Part shown: one piece after another, positions 61,175 through 64,000 of the stretch
How positions within the stretch are numbered: position 1 is the stretch's first letter
Layout of the letters: the number at the start of each line of letters is the position of its first letter
Assembly (NCBI GenBank): GCA_963717505.1
Contig: OY970342.1
Location: forward strand, 2,528,001-2,592,000
Direction of reading: 5' to 3'
DNA: 64,000 nt
Origin: Candidatus Eiseniibacteriota bacterium
Lineage (GTDB): Bacteria > Eisenbacteria > RBG-16-71-46
Program-made: the position numbers and the translations under genes
Notes under the pieces: generated by a model
Database searches by the model: none
The model's input: only the letters and a program-made list of their open reading frames with translations
What the model was told of the DNA's origin: nothing

Positions 61175-63806
61175 CTATCCCGGGTCCCCGATCAAGAGGA
61201 ATCCCGACCAATAGGCCGGGTGCTGATAGGGGTGACCTCCGTCCTGGGTTCGGAATTCCCGCAGCCAGCGCTTGGCCTCGTGGAGGGCCGCCATCTTGCG
61301 CATCGGCGTGCCGGGCCCTAGGCCGCGGTCGTCCGAGTAGGCCCCGGCCCGGTTCTCGTAGAAGCGGGTCATGAAGGTGGCGATGGCCCGGTCGTCCGCA
61401 TACCAGAGTGAGACCAGGATCGTATGAGCACCGGCATACAGAAACGCGTTGCCGACCCCCAGCGCTCCGGCCGCGTAGCCGGTGGCACCGCCGGCCGAAA
61501 GACAACCGCTCACGGTGACCAGATCGCAGTTCAGAGAAAGAGAGTCGCGGATCTCGGGCCCGGTCAACAGGCCGTCACGCTCGTTGTTCGCGGTCACCGA
61601 CTCGCCCTGGAGCGTAGCGATGACCGTCGGGTCGGAATTCGGCGAGGTTTTGGGAGGCGCCCAGGATTCGGCTTGAGAGAGGACGATCGCCCATTCGTCG
61701 TACGCGCCGCGGCTCAGGACGTGCGTCGCAATGTGAATCGTGCCGAACCGCTCGAGTCGCCCCTGGCGGGCGAGCCGGTAGAGCTCGGGTTCGCTGGCAT
61801 CGGGACCGGCGAGCACCGTGGCGGTCGGGAAGACTCGCCGAAGGCGATCGATCTCCCAGCGACTGCCGGTGAGGCGCGGAAGTCGACGGAGAAGCGTGTC
61901 CGTCCTCCACACGGGTTCGGTCGCCAGCTCTGCGGGGATCGAAGCGGACGCGGAGGATCGCCCGCCTTCCTCCGCCCTCATCTCTTCGAGGTGACGCTCT
62001 GCAAACGGCGGATCACCGATCAGGAGCGCCGGCTCTGTGGCCGTCGAGGCGATCCGTTGCTCGGTCCACCAGGTGAGCAGGGTCGCCGATGGAGCGTAGG
62101 CCACCGCGTAGCGGTCCGCGAGCCAGGCGCCATCGTCTGACACCATCGGGTCGAGAACCCCGTGGAACGCCGGCGATCCGACCACGATCAGCTCGCTCGC
62201 GCCCGCGAGGTGGGGCAGAAGTGGTGCAACGCGCTCGGCCCAGAGCCTCGCGCCTTCGCGCTTGATACTGCCGGTCTCGTGGACCGGGACCGGCCAGGCG
62301 GCGGCACTGTTGATCAGCTCGAGCAGGAGTAGCGCGTGTCCGGTGACCACCGGGCCGAGCGTGACTCCCTCGGGTCGCAAACGAACCCAGTGCACCGGGC
62401 CCTGATCGCGGATCACGTAGCCCCACGCCGAGTGCGGTTCGCCGACGCCGGGGGCGATGTCGAGCCAGCCCACGATGGCGGTGCGGCTGGCCAACGCACG
62501 CTGCACTCGTTCGAGCGAAAACGGTTCGAACTCCGTGGTACGGAGACCTGGGATCAGGGCCTCGGCCAGCTCGCGCGCCTGCCCGCGCTCGAATTCGCGC
62601 CATGCCTCCTCGAGGCGTCCGCGGGCGAGCAGGACCGCCGCGAGCTCGTTGTAAACGGTGAGCCGAAAGCGACTGGCTTTTGCCGGCCCGGGCGCCGCCC
62701 GCAGCCGAGCCCGCTCGGCAACCGACGCGGCGTCGCGCAGTGCTTCTTCGGCCTCTGGCAGTTTGGTCTGCGCAGTCAGCGCGATGCCGAGCAGATTCGC
62801 GGTCACCGAGAGCTCGAAGTGCGAGGGCGGCAGGTGCCGGCGGCGGATCGCCAGGGCGCGGCGCAGCTCGCGTTCCGCGTTCGAGAAGCGGCCCATCTGG
62901 ATTTCGACCAGCCCGATGTCCATGCGGCTGTCGGCGACCGCGAGGTCGTCCTCGCCGAGATGCCCGACGGCGAATCTCGAGGGCTTGCCGCATCAGACGC
63001 AGCGCCTCGGGATACTGCTCGAGGTAGCGATGGATGTTGGCGAGCCCGTTCAGGCTCTCGGCGATCTCGGGACTGTCCGCGGGGAAGCACTCGCGCCTGA
63101 TCGCGAGCGCCTCGCGATGATGTTCCATCGAGTACATCCACCGGCCGGCGCTCTTCTCGGCGACGGCGAGCTGAAACAGACACTCGGCCACACCGGGATG
63201 TCGCTCCTCCAGCAACACGCGGCGCTCGGAAAGCGCACGTTCCAGCAGGGCGACCGCCTCGGAGTGGGACCCGCGCTGCTGCCCGAGTCGCCCCAGGTGG
63301 AAGAGACTGGTGGCGACGTCCTCGTGGCTGGGTCCGAGCCGCCGCTGCCGAGCCTCCAGCTGCAGGGACGCCAGCGCATAGGCCTGGTTCCATTCGCCGG
63401 CAGTTTCGAGCGAGTCCATCGCGCGGTCCAGGCGGTCGGCAGCCGACAGTTCGATCCGTGACGACGAGTCCAGGTTGGCGTAGCCATGGAGGAGTTGCGC
63501 GCGACGCCTCGCATCCGCCCGTTCGAGGTCGCTCGTTCGCGGCGTTCGATCGAGCCGAGTGGCCACCGAATCCGCGACCCGGGCCGCCGCCGCGTAGTCG
63601 CCGCGCCCGCGCAGCGTGGCAATCTCGGCGGCCGCCGGTTCGGGATCGGCGAGGCGAGGGGAGCCGCAACCGGCGGTTGCGATGAGCAAACCCAGCGTGC
63701 TCAGGGCTCGAAGGCGGCAGGGAGGGCGACTCGCGTTCCCGGCCGTGGTCGTCCTCGCGCCCGAAATGCGGCTAGTCGAGGCCCCGGTCGCCGTCGTCGG
63801 TTTCAC
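61175..63806 (-). CDS. TPR-repeat CHAT (caspase-like) protease; frameshift at ~62963; start uncertain
   Basis: Kinesin-light-chain-type TPRs (HEDVATSL, HPGVAECL, SPEIAESLNGLA); CHAT motifs IHIATH, LVTVSGC, LVSLW and HPAYWSGFLLIG. Confidence 0.85.
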
Positions 63807-64000
63807 CAGTTTGGGCTGCGAGTACCCGCATCAGGGAGTCCGCGGTTTGCCGATCCCCCGACTTTCGGAGCGACACGTAGTACGCCCGGCGCAGCTCCTG
63901 TCCCCATGGCTCGGGGACCGTGGCGAGCGAAGGCACCGATTGGATGACGGCAACGGCTTCCCGGTATTCCCCGGCCGCGGCCAGGGCGGAACCGAGATAG
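63772..64000 (-). CDS. 3' end of a TPR-like helical protein entering from the right edge
   Basis: Hand translation YLGSALAAAGEYREAVAVI...ADSLMRVLAAQ...GLD* with stop at 63772-63774. Confidence 0.6.
   Translation of the reverse strand, partial: YLGSALAAAGEYREAVAVIQSVPSLATVPEPWGQELRRAYYVSLRKSGDRQTADSLMRVLAAQTGETDDGDRGLD

Overview
This is a high-GC bacterial chromosomal window with about 50 genes. It carries T9SS/FlgD-like C-terminal tails and a secreted protein ending TPTRQATWGQVKSLYR, which suggests Candidatus Eisenbacteria or a related FCB-group lineage (inference, not checked). Main content in order: an ApbE flavin transferase fused behind a large unknown domain (runs off the left edge); DegP, a membrane Ser/Thr kinase and a frameshifted CopA; a serine hydrolase; an S1/P1 nuclease; an FAD oxidoreductase-OsmC-FMO-MaoC cluster; a BNR-repeat protein; two tandem kinase-TolB proteins; a sigma54 regulon with its GAF enhancer-binding protein; tRNA-Cys; rhomboid/wHTH/CPBP; a hybrid histidine kinase with a degenerate ATPase domain; OsmC-VOC/fumC/dehydratase; glk-tkt-VOC-tal-pgi; cysteine synthase-JAB-[Ubl-E1-rhodanese fusion]; an M48 peptidase; alternative complex III (actABCDEF); tRNA-Leu(UAA); creatininase; and a TPR-CHAT protease. 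Several genes have single-base frameshifts, often at homopolymers, most simply explained as long-read errors. I saw no CRISPR array, integrase or intact IS element. Best leads: the Ubl-E1-rhodanese polyprotein beside a JAB protease and cysteine synthase, the WGxVKxLYR C-terminal signal, the ApbE fusion, the OsmC/flavoenzyme cluster, and the paired non-canonical sigma54 promoters with a shared upstream motif. All calls come from reading motifs by eye; no database searches were run.
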